From the NCBI RefSeq assembly GCF_046119375.1, contig NW_027362762.1:441378001-441442000 (forward strand): a DNA stretch of 64,000 nt. Reading direction: 5' to 3'. Below, one piece after another: positions 50,003 through 62,330 of this stretch. The first letter of the stretch is position 1, and each line of letters opens with the position of its first letter. A program made the position numbers and the translations under genes. Source of the DNA: Phyllobates terribilis (lineage: Eukaryota). Below the pieces are notes generated by a model. The model saw only the letters and a list, made by a program, of their open reading frames with translations, made no database searches and was not told where the DNA came from.

Positions 50003-50891
50003 GTAAATATGACTGTAAATCTAGAAATAGCAATGAAGTATGTTGATGCTGTCTCCTTTTTTTTCTAAAGATGCCCAATACGCTTACGTTAGCTGTTTGC
50101 TTGACTGCTATTCTCTTGGACTCATTTATACACATGCATGTGTTTTCAATTGGTAGAAGAGAATAGGCTATTACCAGACAGCGTATGCAGAAATAAAAGA
50201 TCAGTGGCGGGTGGGACAGGTTAGTTGGCTGATCCTGCCGAAATTTGCCATTTTATCCAACTTATAACTAATGTTTAGGGGCGCCTTTTAAAGTATCACT
50301 CTAGGTTTTATTTTTTAATTTCACCCCTGGTTAGGTATCAGTTATGTATGTTCCCTGTGTTTAGTAAAATACATATCGATCGCACTGCTCCAGGCCTCTT
50401 CTTCACCACGTGACCGGTGTGTTGACTGGCCGGATTATTTCAGTGTTTGCTGACTCAATATAAGTCTATGAGATTCAGAACGAGCCTCTCATAGACTTGC
50501 ACTAAGGTTAGAGTCACATGACAGTATAAAAAATCCTTCAGAGTCTCATCCAGAAACGTGGGACAACTATTTTCTGACTTGTCATCAGTGTGCTGTCTTT
50601 TTTTCACAGCAGCAGCTATTAATCATTTACAAGACCATTTATAGTTTCCTATCTTACAGAATTGCAATGTATAGGTAAAAATTGGATCCTATATGGCATC
50701 TGATTATTTTTGCGCACTCATAGACTTGAATGGCCGAATCTCATCTGATTTACAGAAGAAACTCGTGCATGATGTGATTTTTTTTTTTCACATGCAGATT
50801 TGAAAAAAAATCGCTCATCTGCATTACCCTATTAGATAATATTCACGGATAGCACTCGAACTGAAAATATAGTCATGTGAACGAGCCCTAA

Positions 50892-51842
50892 GGCCTCTTT
50901 CAGACGTCAGTGTTTCGAGTACGTGTGATGTCCATTTCCACATGTACTGGAGACACTGACACATGGAGACCCATTCAGATTTATGGGTCTGTGCACATGT
51001 CAGTATGTTTCCACAGACTGTGTGTCCATGGGCAAAACATGCTGACATGTCTGTTTTTTACCCGCTGCACAGGCCGCAAAACATCTCACACTGATGACAC
51101 ACGGATGACATCTGTGTGACACGTGCCAGCGCATGGGAATCAGCGTACTGTTAGCGCTGTTCCCAAGCGCCAGGTGCTGAACGCTACCCTCATCATTGTC
51201 CCCTGATGGCGCTGCGATCAGCACCCACAGAGACAATGATGAGAGTAGTATTCTGCTCCTGCTGTCTCCAACTGTAATAATAGAATAAAATAAAAAATCC
51301 TTATACTCACCTTTCCTAAGTGTCCCCCGCTGTAATCCATGCGACCACTCATGCCAAGGATCCGGGTAGAATGACACACTGCAGCAAGCGGGCCCCGGAG
51401 CTGCGCTCAGTGAGTGACAAGACAATGCTCACTGAGCGCAGCTCCAGGGCCCGTTCGCTGCAGCACATCATTCTCCCCTGCTCCTCGGCATTAGTGGTCA
51501 CATGGATTACAGCGGGGGACACTTTGGATAGGTGAGTTTAAAGATTTTTTATTTTATTCTTAGTTTTACAGTTGGAGACAGCGGGAGCCGACTACAACTC
51601 TCATCACTGTCCCCTGCTGGTGCTGATTGCAGCGCCAGCAGTGGACAATGATGAGGGCAGCGTTCAGCACACGGTGCTTGGGAACAGCGCTAACTGTACA
51701 GATGATTCCCAAGCACCGGTACGTGTGATCCTGATGTGGCATATGGTTGTCACACGGTTGTCACACGGTTGCCACACGGACACGGATATCTCCAGTACGG
51801 GTTTTTCCAGTACCGGAAACATCAGGACGTGTGAAACTCGTC
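50892..51842. mobile_element. Large Harbinger-type palindromic MITE
   Basis: TAA|GGCCTCTTTCAGACGTC ... GACGTGTGAAACTCGTC|TAA; long internal inverted arms. Confidence 0.75.
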
Positions 51843-52228
51843 TAAGAGAGATAATAAATATTAGCAGGGACTTCCGGCCAGTCACAGCTGCGGCCCCAAG
51901 ATGGCAAAACAGGAACAGAGTGGTGCCAGAAAGAGTAGAAGACTGTGACCGGTAAGCATTTTACTATACACTGAGAACATACATTACTGATACCTATGGT
52001 GGTGATATTAAAAAAAAAAATACCGGGGATGGTACTTTAAGGAAGAAAAACTATAAGACCAAACAATTTAAACAGATTTAACAGATTTAATTCAGATTTC
52101 TATTTTGAGACGCTTGGCTTATGGAAGCCTATGGGAACATCACTATATAGATATATATACTGTTCTGCGCTGTGAACTGCTATTCTACAGCTGTCCTTTT
52201 CCCACTATTGACATAACTAACAGACTAA

Positions 52229-52419
52229 GGCCACGTGCACACGTTCAGTATTTGGTCAGTATTTTACATCAGTATTTGTAAGCCAAAACCAGGAGTGGGT
52301 GATAAATACAGAAGTGGTGACGTTTCTATTATACTTTTCCTCTGATTGTTCCACTCCTGGTTTTGGCTTACACATACTGAGGTAAAAAACTCACCAAATA
52401 CTGAGGTGTAAAAGTGGCC
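52229..52419. mobile_element. Harbinger-type MITE, family A
   Basis: TAA|GGCCAC...GTGGCC|TAA. Confidence 0.8.
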
Positions 52420-53079
52420 TAATCCAGGCTCTGTGAACAAATTCTGAGTTCAACTACTGCAATTCTTTACTAACTGGTTTTCCATTAAAGAAAATGTCTT
52501 GTGTATTTTATTTAATTTATTAACTGAATAACCAATTAGTCTGTAGAAGACAAATCATGTGTTTTTTCTGTTTTTTAATGGTTGTAGCTGTTTGTTTTTG
52601 TTTTTTTTTTTAATTTTGAAAACCTTCCCAGAAGAAGTCATAGTAAGGTATATGCACACGATGTGTTTTAGACGTATGCGAATCTGACAAGTTTATTGGG
52701 AGGAAGACTTTTTAGGACGTGCCATTGTCTTTTTGGACATTTCCTGAGTAATTTTTGCAACGTCTTTGTCTCACTTTATTTTTTTTACTTGTATTGTATA
52801 AACCAGCGTGCAGCTTCTAAGAGGCCGATACCTGAAGAATAATCAGGCCACTTCTTTTAACCACTTCACATCTTTGGAAACCTGTAGCAGTTAGAATAAG
52901 CTCAAAAGACTGAATATATGCACAACAAGCTGTTTTTAAATTGCAGTGCTTATATTCATTCTTTTGAGCATTTCTTTAGTGCTTTTCAGGCGGATTTTGG
53001 AGCGTACCTGCCTGAATAAAACATTGTGTGCACATACCCATAGCTTGATTGCTCTCTTGGGGAGAAACAAAATAATAAT

Positions 53080-53190
53080 AAAGCTTTCGAGACTATAAGG
53101 TCTCTTCATCAGCAGATGCAGATCAGTAGTCACGACAGCTTGCTTTGTAACATCACTTATTTTACCTTTTAATAGCTAACAAAAGTATCA
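53080..53190 (-). ncRNA. Degenerate minimal hammerhead-ribozyme motif, probable Penelope-like element terminus
   Basis: Minus strand reads CTGATGA-A-GAGAC-cttata-GTCTC-GAAA-GCTT with palindromic AAAGCTTT. An inverted degenerate copy GTCACGACAGCTTGC lies at about 53129-53143. Stem I is not formed. Confidence 0.5.
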
Positions 53191-53680
53191 TAACTACCGG
53201 ATTATTATTTTGTTTCTCCCACTGAGAGTAATCAATCATTTTTCAGCTGGCTAACACGCTATCAGAAACCTGTTTTTTCTCATATCCATAGAGACGCTTA
53301 CTCTCCTGATGTATTTTTTGTATAGCAGTAGGGTGTATGTACTTACTGACAGCTGAAATGAATAGGAATCAATTGACAGAATGTCTCCAGAAAGTGATGG
53401 AATACAACCCATTACTACATGCACCAGGGAATAATAGGGGAAATGCATACCGAACATCACAGTATATGTGTATAGTTTTAATAGAACCTGTTATCAGGTT
53501 CCTTTGTTCAAAACCAACGCCACCTAATTTGTATAGAATAAAATTTGCCCTTTACCGGCTTGTCTTTCGCCCCTTCCTCCTAAGCCACCATACTTTTTAA
53601 AGTGAATCTATCATCAGTTTTCACAATGCAATCCTCATATAATATCAAATACATCTCTTAGACCTGATGAGTCTGGTATA

Positions 53681-55229
53681 CACTTTGTGCAGAATTATTA
53701 GGCAAGTTGTATTTTAGAGGATTATTTTTATTATTGATCAACAACTATGTTCTCGATCAACCCAAAAGACTTATAAATATCCAAGCTTAATATTTTTGGA
53801 AGTTGGAGTGTTTTTTTTTTAGATTTGGCTATCTTAGGAGGATATCTGTTTGTGCAGGTAACTATTACTGTGCAGAATTATTAGGCAACTTAATAAAAAA
53901 CAAATATAATCCCATCTCACTTGTTTATTTTCACCAGGTAAACCAATATAAGTGCACAACATTTAGAAATAAACATTTCTGACATGCAAAAACAAAAACC
54001 AAAACAATTAGTGATCAATATAGCCACCTTTCTTTATGATGACACTCAACAGCCTTCCATCCATAGATTCTGTCAGTTGCTTGAACTGTTTTCGATCAAC
54101 ATTGCGTGCAGCAGCCACCACAGCCTCCCAGACACTGTTCCAAGAGGTGTACTGTTTTCCCTCCCTGTAGATCTCACATTTTATGATGGACCACAGGCTC
54201 TCTATGGGGTTCAGATCAGGTGAACAAGGGGGCCATGTCATTATTTTTTCTTCTTTTAGACCTTTACTGGCCAGCCACGCTGTGGAGTAGTTGGATGCAT
54301 GTGATGGAGCATTGTCCTGCATGAAAATCATGTTTTTCTTGAATGATACCGACTTCTTCCTGTACCACTGCTTGAAGAAGTTGTCTTCCAGAAACTGGCA
54401 GTAGGTCTGGGAGTTGAACTTCACTCCATCCTCAACCCGAAAAGGCCCCACAAGTTCATCTTTGATGATACCAACCCATACCAGTACCCCACCTCCACCT
54501 TGCTGGCGTCTGAGTCGGAGTGGAGCTCTCTGCCCTTTACTGATCCAGCCTCTGGCCCATCAAGAGTCGCTCTCATTTCATCAGTCCATAAAACCTTTGA
54601 AAAATCAGTCTTAAGATATTTCTTGGCCCATTCTTGACGTTTTATCTTATGTTTCTTGTTCAAAGGTGGTGGTTTTTCAGCCTTCCTTACCTTGGCCATG
54701 TCCCTGAGTATCGCACACCTTGTGCTTTTTGATACTCCAGTAACGTTGCAGCGCTGAAATATGGCAAAACTGGTGGCGAATGGCATCTTGGCAGCTTCAC
54801 GCTTAATTTTCCTCAATTCATGGGCAGTTATTTTGCGCCTTTTTTGGCCAACACGCTTCTTGCGACCCTGTTGGCTATTTGCCATGAAACACTTGATTGT
54901 TCGATGATCACACTTCAAAAGTTTGGAAATTTCAAGACTGCTGCATCCCTCTGCAAGACATCTCACAATTTTGGACTTTTCAGAGCCTGTCAAATCTCTC
55001 TTCTGACCCATTTTGCCAAAGGAAAGGAAGTTGCCTAATAATTAAGCACACCTTATATAGGGCGTTGATGTCATTAGTCAACACCCCTCCTCATTACGGA
55101 GATGCACATCACCAGATTTACTTAATTGGTAGTTGGCTCTCAAGCCTATGCAGCTTGGAGTAGGACAACATGTATAAAAAATATCATGTGATCAAAATAC
55201 TCATTTGCCTTATAATTCTGCACAAAATT
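53681..55229 (-). mobile_element. Tc1-related DD37E (TRT-type) element
   Basis: TA|CACTTTGTGCAGAATTATTAGGCAA left TIR; right TIR TTGCCTTATAATTCTGCACA with damaged tip. MGQKRDLTGSEKSK..., WTDEMR, MQDNAPSH-(37 residues)-E; one frameshift at about 54550. Confidence 0.88.
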
Positions 55230-55350
55230 TCAGCTGAGCCCCTGCACCACCGAACACCTCATCCTACCAGCTTGGGGTCAGCAGCCATCTCCTGCCTCCG
55301 CAGCATCTCCTGCTTCCGCCAGCAGTGACCCTGCCACCTGGGACCCCACT

Positions 55351-55590
55351 ACGCCAACATATTCCGCAGTGCTTTACAATTCATACAATTTACATACATT
55401 ATCTGCACTGTCCCCATTGGGGCTCACAATCTAGATTCCCTACCAGTATGTCTTTAGAGTGTGGGAGGAAACCCATGCAATCATGAGGAGGACATACAAA
55501 CTCCTTGCAGATGTTGTCCTTGGTGGGATTTGAACCCAGGACTCCAGCGCTGCATGGCTGCAGTACTAACCACTGAGGCACCGTGATGCC
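55351..55590 (-). mobile_element. V-SINE-like element (second copy)
   Basis: Head and core homologous to 44322-44583; tail TGTAAAGCACTGCGGAATATGTTGGCGT. Confidence 0.8.
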
Positions 55591-55805
55591 CTAATATATA
55601 CTATAGCTAAATAGTTAGCCTTCCTAGAGCGAAGGGCCCGGACACGGACAAGACCTCATACTCTTATTACCTGCCACATCATAATATGTAAGTACTTTAC
55701 TAACATCATTTCTTAGACAGCACTATCCCCCCCACTAGGGGCGCCATACGTGGCTAATCTTATATTGGTATTCACTTGCATTGTTCAAGAAGGTTTTTAC
55801 ACATA

Positions 55806-56972
55806 CAGGTGCATCTCACTAAATTAGAATATCATCAAAAAGTTAATTTATTTCAGTTCTTCAATACAAAAAGTGAAACTCCTATATTATATAGAGTCAT
55901 TACAAACAGAGTGATCTATTTCAAGTATTTATTTATGTTAAAGTTGATGATTATGGCTTACAGCCAATGAAAAAATAAAAGTCATTATCTCAGTAAATGA
56001 GAAAAATTAACAAAAAACACCCGCAAATTCTTCCTAAGCATTTAAAAAGGTCCCTTAGTCTGTTTCAGTAGGCTCAATAATCATGGGGAAGACTGCTGAC
56101 TTGACAGATGTCCAGAAGGCAGTCATTGACACACTCCACAAGGTCCCAGAGTTCCAATTTTCATTTGGAAATCAAGGTCCCAGAGTCTGGAGGAAGAGTG
56201 GAGAGGCCACAATTCAAGCTGCTTGAGGTCTATGGTGAAGTTTCCACAATCAGTGATGGTTTGGGGAGTCATGTCATCTGCTGGTGTAGGTCCACTGTGT
56301 TTTATCAAGACCAAAGTCAGCGCAGCCGTCTACCAGGAAATTTTAGAGCTTCATGCTTCCCTCTGCCGACAAGATTTTTGAAGATGGAAATTTCATTCTC
56401 CAGCAGGACTTGGCTCCTGTCCACACTGCCAAAAGTACCAATACCTGGTTTAAAAACAACCGTATCACTGTGCTTGATTGGCCAGCAAACTCGCCTGACC
56501 TTAACCCCATAGAGAATCTATGGGGTATTGTCAAGAGGAAGATGAGACACCAGACCCAACAATGCAGACGAGCTGAAGGCTGCTATCAAAGCAACCTGGG
56601 CTTCCATAACACCTCAGCAGTGCCACAGGCTGATCGCCTCCATGCCACGCCACATTGATGCAGTAATTGATGTAAAAGGAGCCCCGACCAAGTATTGAGT
56701 GCATTTACTGAACATACATTTCAGTAGGCCAACATTTTGGATCGTAAAATCATTTTTCAAGCTGTTATAAAGTATTCTAATTTACTGAGATAATGACTTT
56801 TGTGTTTTCATTGGCTGTAAGCCAAAATCATCAACATTAACAGAAATAAACACTTGAAATAGACCCCTCTGTTTGTAATGACTCTATATAATATAGGAGT
56901 TTCACTTTTTGTATTGAAGAACTGAAATAAATTAACTTTTTGATGTTATTCTAATTTTGTGAGATGCACCTG
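55806..56972 (+). mobile_element. Internally deleted Tc1 DD34E element (1167 bp)
   Basis: TA|CAGGTGCATCTCAC ... GTGAGATGCACCTG|TA; about 200-bp TIRs. MGKTADLTDVQKAVIDTLHK, then a deletion; QQDLAPVH-(34 residues)-E. Confidence 0.92.
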
Positions 56973-57335
56973 TATATACTCTCACCTGCATGCTCTACAT
57001 ATCGCACTCTGGATAGTCTTGTCCTGCTCTGGCAGCACACCTAGCTATCTCATCAGCACTTCGCTCTGGGAAGGCTAACTATTTAGCTATATATTAGTCT
57101 ACAGCATATGTACTTATTCATGTGGTCCTCTATTGGGGTTTTCCCTGACTTATTCTTCATTCCTGTTTTTATTATGTATTTATTACTTTAATAAAAGTTG
57201 TATTTTATGAGACTTATATGCACTATGTGGTTTTTGTTTTTGCAGTCTATACATGGGGTGCATCTCTAGTTATGTATATTAATTTCATATTTATATGCTC
57301 TTTTCTGTTGGTTCTTCTCTATCCAACTAGCCTGA

Positions 57336-57410
57336 TTGTTGTCTTTGGTGGGATTTGAACCCAGGACCACAACACTGCAAGGCTGCAGTGCTAACCACTG
57401 AGCCACCCTG
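57336..57410 (-). mobile_element. SINE tRNA-like head fragment
   Basis: GGTGGCTCAGTGGTTAGCACTGCAG...GGGTTCAAATCCCACCAAAGAC on the minus strand. Confidence 0.75.
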
Positions 57411-58004
57411 TTATTGTATTGGTTACCCTTCTCTTCTAGAAAAAAATCATGATCTCAGGTTAAGTTCACACATGCAGATGTGCAGCATCTTACAGTTCCA
57501 GCATAATGGATGAGCTTTAGAGAAATCTCCTGCCCACAGTGGTTTTTTGTTTTTTTTACGCAGTGTGAACTGACGTGCGGTGCTTTTTTTTAAATCCACA
57601 ACAATTTTTCTTGTGGGCATGCTGAGTTTTATGTGCTGATTTTCCCCATAGAATTCCTTTAGATGCAAAAAAATCCACAGGTAAAGAATCCATGTTTGTT
57701 TTTTGTGCATTTCCACTATGAAAACGAACTGAAAAAACGCATGCAATCTACACATTACTGTATCAATAAAGTACCGTCAAAACCAAACTTTGCAACTTTT
57801 GAAAGCAGTTTACACTAGAATTCTGATGTAATCACTATTGTGAATCGGGGCCCAAGTGTTTTTTTTGTTATTATGTGCAGTAAAGCTATTAAGAAACGTT
57901 GTCCGTAGTGAATAACCCCTTTAAGCAGAAGAGAAAGTGGTGAATACTGATAGTGCTGCATATGTCATTTTTTTCTGAAAAATACCTTTTCTTTCTTTTC
58001 CTAG

Positions 58005-58117
58005 ATTCTCACATGGCAACAAATTGTGCAGTTCTTGTCTTTTCCCAGTTAGGGATCAGTCGCAGTGGTGTTGTGGTAATAGCATATATCATTCATTACA
58101 GAAGATGCACACTCCAG
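58005..58117 (+). CDS. styxl1: styxl1 coding exon 7 (113 nt), pseudo-catalytic motif
   Basis: TAG|(D)SHMATNCAVLVFSQLGISRSGVVVIAYIIHYRRCTLQ|GTAATG; FS replaces HC of HCx2GxSR. Confidence 0.96.
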
Positions 58118-58559
58118 GTAATGTGTGGACACTTGTACATTCGGATTACGTAACAAGATTTACCCTTGGTTTATGGACACTCCTTACTATAAGATGCTCC
58201 ATAGGTTTAGATATCAGAAGATAGAAAAATATATTTCCTACTAATTTAAACTTCTGTGATGACATACATAAGCAGAGGGTCCGTATCACCAGGTGGTAAT
58301 AAAGTGATCTAGGGAGCTCTGTAGGAAAGTAAAAGTCAGGTTAAGGGCTCGGTCAGAAGTCAATTTTTCTCATACAAGTCCTATCATTGGTTTTCACAGA
58401 TCGCACTAGTACCTATTATAGTCTATGGGCTGTTCACATGTCCATGCATTCTTGCGAACTGAGTGGTATGCATCAAATCACAGAGATGTGTCCGATACTG
58501 ATCCGAGTGCTGGATGAAAATTTACACTGTAAGTCTATGGGTCCTTGAAAAAAAATCAC

Positions 58560-58730
58560 ACAACACTCGGAGGGTCCCTGAAAAAAGTCAGACAGCACTC
58601 GGAAGGTCCCTGAAAAAAAGTCAGACAGCACTCGGAGGGACCCTGAAAAAAATCGGACAGCACTCGGAGGGTCCCTGAAAAAATCAGACAGTATTCGGAG
58701 GGTCCCTGAAAAATTCAGACAGCACTCAGA
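58560..58730. repeat. About 34-bp tandem repeat, about 5 copies, inside a palindromic MITE
   Basis: CACTCGGAGGGTCCCTGAAAAAA(A)GTCAGACAG. Confidence 0.85.
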
Positions 58731-59353
58731 TGCCATCTGTGTGCTGTCCGTTTTTCACAGACCGTTTGATAAGAGAAACTTGAATTTTTTTTAATACATA
58801 CAAAAGAAACTGGTGGAACTCTGATGACAAAAAACGACACTCTGACCAAACTCTGATATAATTCGGATTGTTTTTTTGTGTACAAGAGAAATCACTGGCA
58901 CCTGAATGAGCCGTACCAGTCAGCTCCTGTTCTCTGCAGCATTCACATTATGCACACCCGTCTCCTACAGGCATGTATATACATATGTATACAGACACCT
59001 TTGAGGCAGGCATCCTACACCGATTTTAATCTATAGTTTACCTCCAGGTATAAAGTTTTCTTCTTCCCCATACATCCCAGTTTCCTCGAGGCCTTGCAGT
59101 TTCAGGACCTACAGCATGGTACTGTTTTCTAGTAAAATGATGGCCACACTAATGGAAATTAAACATACCCCTATTCCTATAGCAGAATAAATAAAATCAC
59201 TCCAAACCCCAGTGTGAACCTCGCCTAAGCTGTTTCCAGTAGTGAATAATGTGTTTGGTCATGCATTTGTATAGAACCAGATGTTGCCTTGAATGATGTA
59301 GAGAACAGAAAACGACCCGCAGTTTCCTCTAATATGCGTCTTGTTTTTTCCAG

Positions 59354-59485
59354 GAAGCGTGGAATCACGTTCTCAAGTGCAAAACAAATATGAGGCCAAA
59401 CAGAGGATTTGTACAGCAGCTGTCCGAATGGGAAAAGATCACTTTAGGACGGCAGCTTACCGATGTATCCGATCCCAAGTTCTAA
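59354..59485 (+). CDS. styxl1: styxl1 last coding exon (132 nt incl. TAA)
   Basis: CAG|EAWNHVLKCKTNMRPNRGFVQQLSEWEKITLGRQLTDVSDPKF*; exons sum to 882 nt = 293 aa + stop. Confidence 0.96.
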   Translation, partial: EAWNHVLKCKTNMRPNRGFVQQLSEWEKITLGRQLTDVSDPKF

Positions 59486-59644
59486 CTTTGAACATTTGTC
59501 TTTACGGACAGGGATTGGTTTTCTCCAAATGATCTGTTTCTATGGTTCCATTAGACAATACACTGTACAGATTACATTGTGATCCACATACATTCATTGT
59601 GTAGCAGGAAAGAAGACCAATGTATAAATGGGATGGAACATAAA

Positions 59645-60079
59645 GATCAGCATAATGTAGGGCCAGAGACCCTGAATCCAGCGATGTGTCACTTACTAGG
59701 CTGCTTCTGTAGCTTTGATAAAAATCACTGCTTTATCAGCAGGAAATTATCCCTAGAGGACTAATAAACCCGCTGCCATGTGGTCATCCATATTCATGTG
59801 CTTTGTATAACCCCGCCCCCATCACTTATTGACCCCGCCCCCATCACTTATTGGCGGCTTTCTGCCTATGCACAGCGTACACAAAAGCTGCTAATCAGTG
59901 TTGGGGCGGAGCTATACAGAGCTCAGCATTCAGAGAACTGGAAGATCTGCAGTAGGTAAAATAGGGATTTTATCAAAATGACAGCAAGCAGCCCAGTAAG
60001 TGACACTGGAATCAGAGTCTCTGCCCATACATTATGTTGCTCTCAGATGGGATAGCAAAAACTTGGTGACAGATTCCCT
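59645..60079. mobile_element. Kolobok/T2-type MITE, family C, left end truncated
   Basis: Homologous to 39348-39767; ends GTGACAGATTCCCT. Confidence 0.75.
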
Positions 60080-61261
60080 TAAAAGAAACTGATGCCATAT
60101 GGACATCATCAGTATGGCATCTGTTCTTTTATGGATCAATTATTAACATTTTGATTATTTTTTAATTGTAGATGTATAAAAATGGATACTATACATATAT
60201 CATACAGATGTAAAATATGGACATACGAGTGGCCTATGAATGTAAAAATTATCCCTTTTTATGGATGAAAAATGGCACTTGTCTGAACCTTCACACTTTT
60301 GATCTTGCCCAAAATAATGCTGTTTGAAAGTGGTCTTTAGGGTTATGTGCACACTGAATTTTTTTGAAGGCAGTCAAAAACGATGAGATTTCTAGTGGAA
60401 ATCGCTTCAGAAAATGCTCCTTTTTCAGGTGTTTTTCATTTGATAAAGCGGTTTTGGAAGCATTTTTTTCCTGAAGCGTTAGTGCCTTGTTTGGAGGAGT
60501 TCCCATGAGTGGATTCTTCAAAGGAATGACCTGCACTGCCTTTTCTCAAACCAAGCGTTTTCCAAAATCTTCAAGCCGGAAAAAAACGTTCAGATCACTG
60601 AAAACATGAACAGCAAAGTGGTTTTACAATCAAAATGAATAAGAAGAGTATTTTGAGCCGTTTTTGAGCAGACTCATTTCAAAAATACTCTGACCCTGAA
60701 GCTCCTGATCATTAAGTGGTGTAGACTGGAGTGTCTGACGAGTGGACTGGAGTAAGATTTCTGGTGTAAGGAATGTAACAGCTCATCGTGAATTAAACAA
60801 TCAAGTGTCGCCAGCTCCGCCAGTAAAACCATATATGCGTTATTTACCTGAAGATTTTCCGCATCACCTTCAAGTCTGTAGGGACTGCGGACATAGTTGC
60901 CTGAATTTCTCGATTCCAATAAACTCCCTGCATATCCTATTCTGATCCATTTTTGCACACTGTGCACTTACAGGTCAGTTTTTGCAGCGTGGAGCTGTGA
61001 CCTCATTTATTGGGAAAGCAGTTACTGATATTGTTAATCTGGCACTCTAGATTGCACTACAAGGCTGTGTTCACACACAGAGTTCATGCTGCGGCTTTTA
61101 CCCACAAAAGCCCTGTGCTGCTGACATCTTTTTACCATTTATCTGCAGTCACTCTATCTTGCAGGAAACAGCTGGTTCACCTGTAAAACTGTGCGGCCAT
61201 CACTATCAGGGCGCAGTCAGAACGCTGCATTACTGGCGGGAGGATCGTGAATGCAGCCTGA

Positions 61262-61434
61262 GGCCACGGCCCCTCTATCAGTATTCGGTCAGTATTTTTT
61301 CTCAGGAGTGGGTGATAAATGCAGAATTGGTGACTTGTTTCTATTATACCTTTTCTCTGATTGTTCCTCACCTGGTTTTGGCTTCCACTCCTGAGAAAAC
61401 ATACTGACCAGATAATGATAGTGGGACCGTGGCC
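61262..61434. mobile_element. Harbinger-type MITE, family A
   Basis: GGCCACGGCCCC...GGGACCGTGGCC|TTA. Confidence 0.8.
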
Positions 61435-61438
61435 TTAA

Positions 61439-62330
61439 AGGGAATCTGTCAGCAGGTTTTTGCTACCACAACAGACACGTATCATATTTTGCGGAGTATA
61501 AGACGCACCCCAAATTTTGGGGTGCAATATAGGAAAAAATGTGTTGTTTTTTTAAATAAAATGGTGTGCCTTATAATCCTTTTTACCTGGGGGCAGCGGT
61601 GGTGGAGTGGGGGTCACAGGAGCCAGAGTCACACATACCGGATATTGCCGGCGAAGGTTGCTGCGGCAGGAGTCGGACGATGCTGCAGCCCCGTCCACAG
61701 TAGTGTCAGAGCTGGGCTAGTTCAGCGGGGCGATGCTGCTGCCCCATCCTCAGAAGTCGGTGGTGAGTGGAGGAAAGGGTCCTTTCCCGTACATAGCTCT
61801 GCGCTGTGCTTCGGTAAAATGGCCGCTGGAGCAGGCACAGATTGAGATCTCAGCGCAGGGCTATGTCAGGACTATGTACAGGATAGAGAACCTCACTGCC
61901 GACTTCTGAGGACGGGGCCGCAGCATCGCCACGCTGAACTCACCCAGCTCCCACCGCCTTGACTCACTGACACTTCTGAGGACAGGGCCACAGCAGAAGC
62001 CGCCAACCTCCAGTGTCTGGGACCCTGATCCGACCCCGCCCCCAGGTAAAATACCGTAACTTCTCATTATAAGACACACCCCCTTTTTCCTCCCAACTTT
62101 GTGGGAAAAAAGTGAGTCTTATAATCCGTAAAATATAAAAAAAATATTTAGCAATTACATGCCTGTAGTGTTTAGGCACATTTTTTTTTTTTACAAAATC
62201 CTGGATATCCCCTTTAATTGCAGTAAAACAGCACACAGCCTAATACAAGACACATCGCTGAAATCAGTGTCCAGCCCCTACATCAGACTGCCCTCGGATT
62301 ACACAGCATAAACCTGCTGACAGATTCCCT
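61439..62330. mobile_element. Kolobok family C MITE containing a pogo/Tigger-like element (about 61482-62138)
   Basis: TTAA|AGGGAATCTGTCAGCAGG ... CCTGCTGACAGATTCCCT; nested termini TA|TCATATTTTGCGGAGTATAAGACGCAC and GTGAGTCTTATAATCCGTAAAATATA. Confidence 0.75.

Noticed and set aside
57045-57060. Second hammerhead from minus-strand CTGATGAG
   Set aside because: No stem II closed by GAAA follows.
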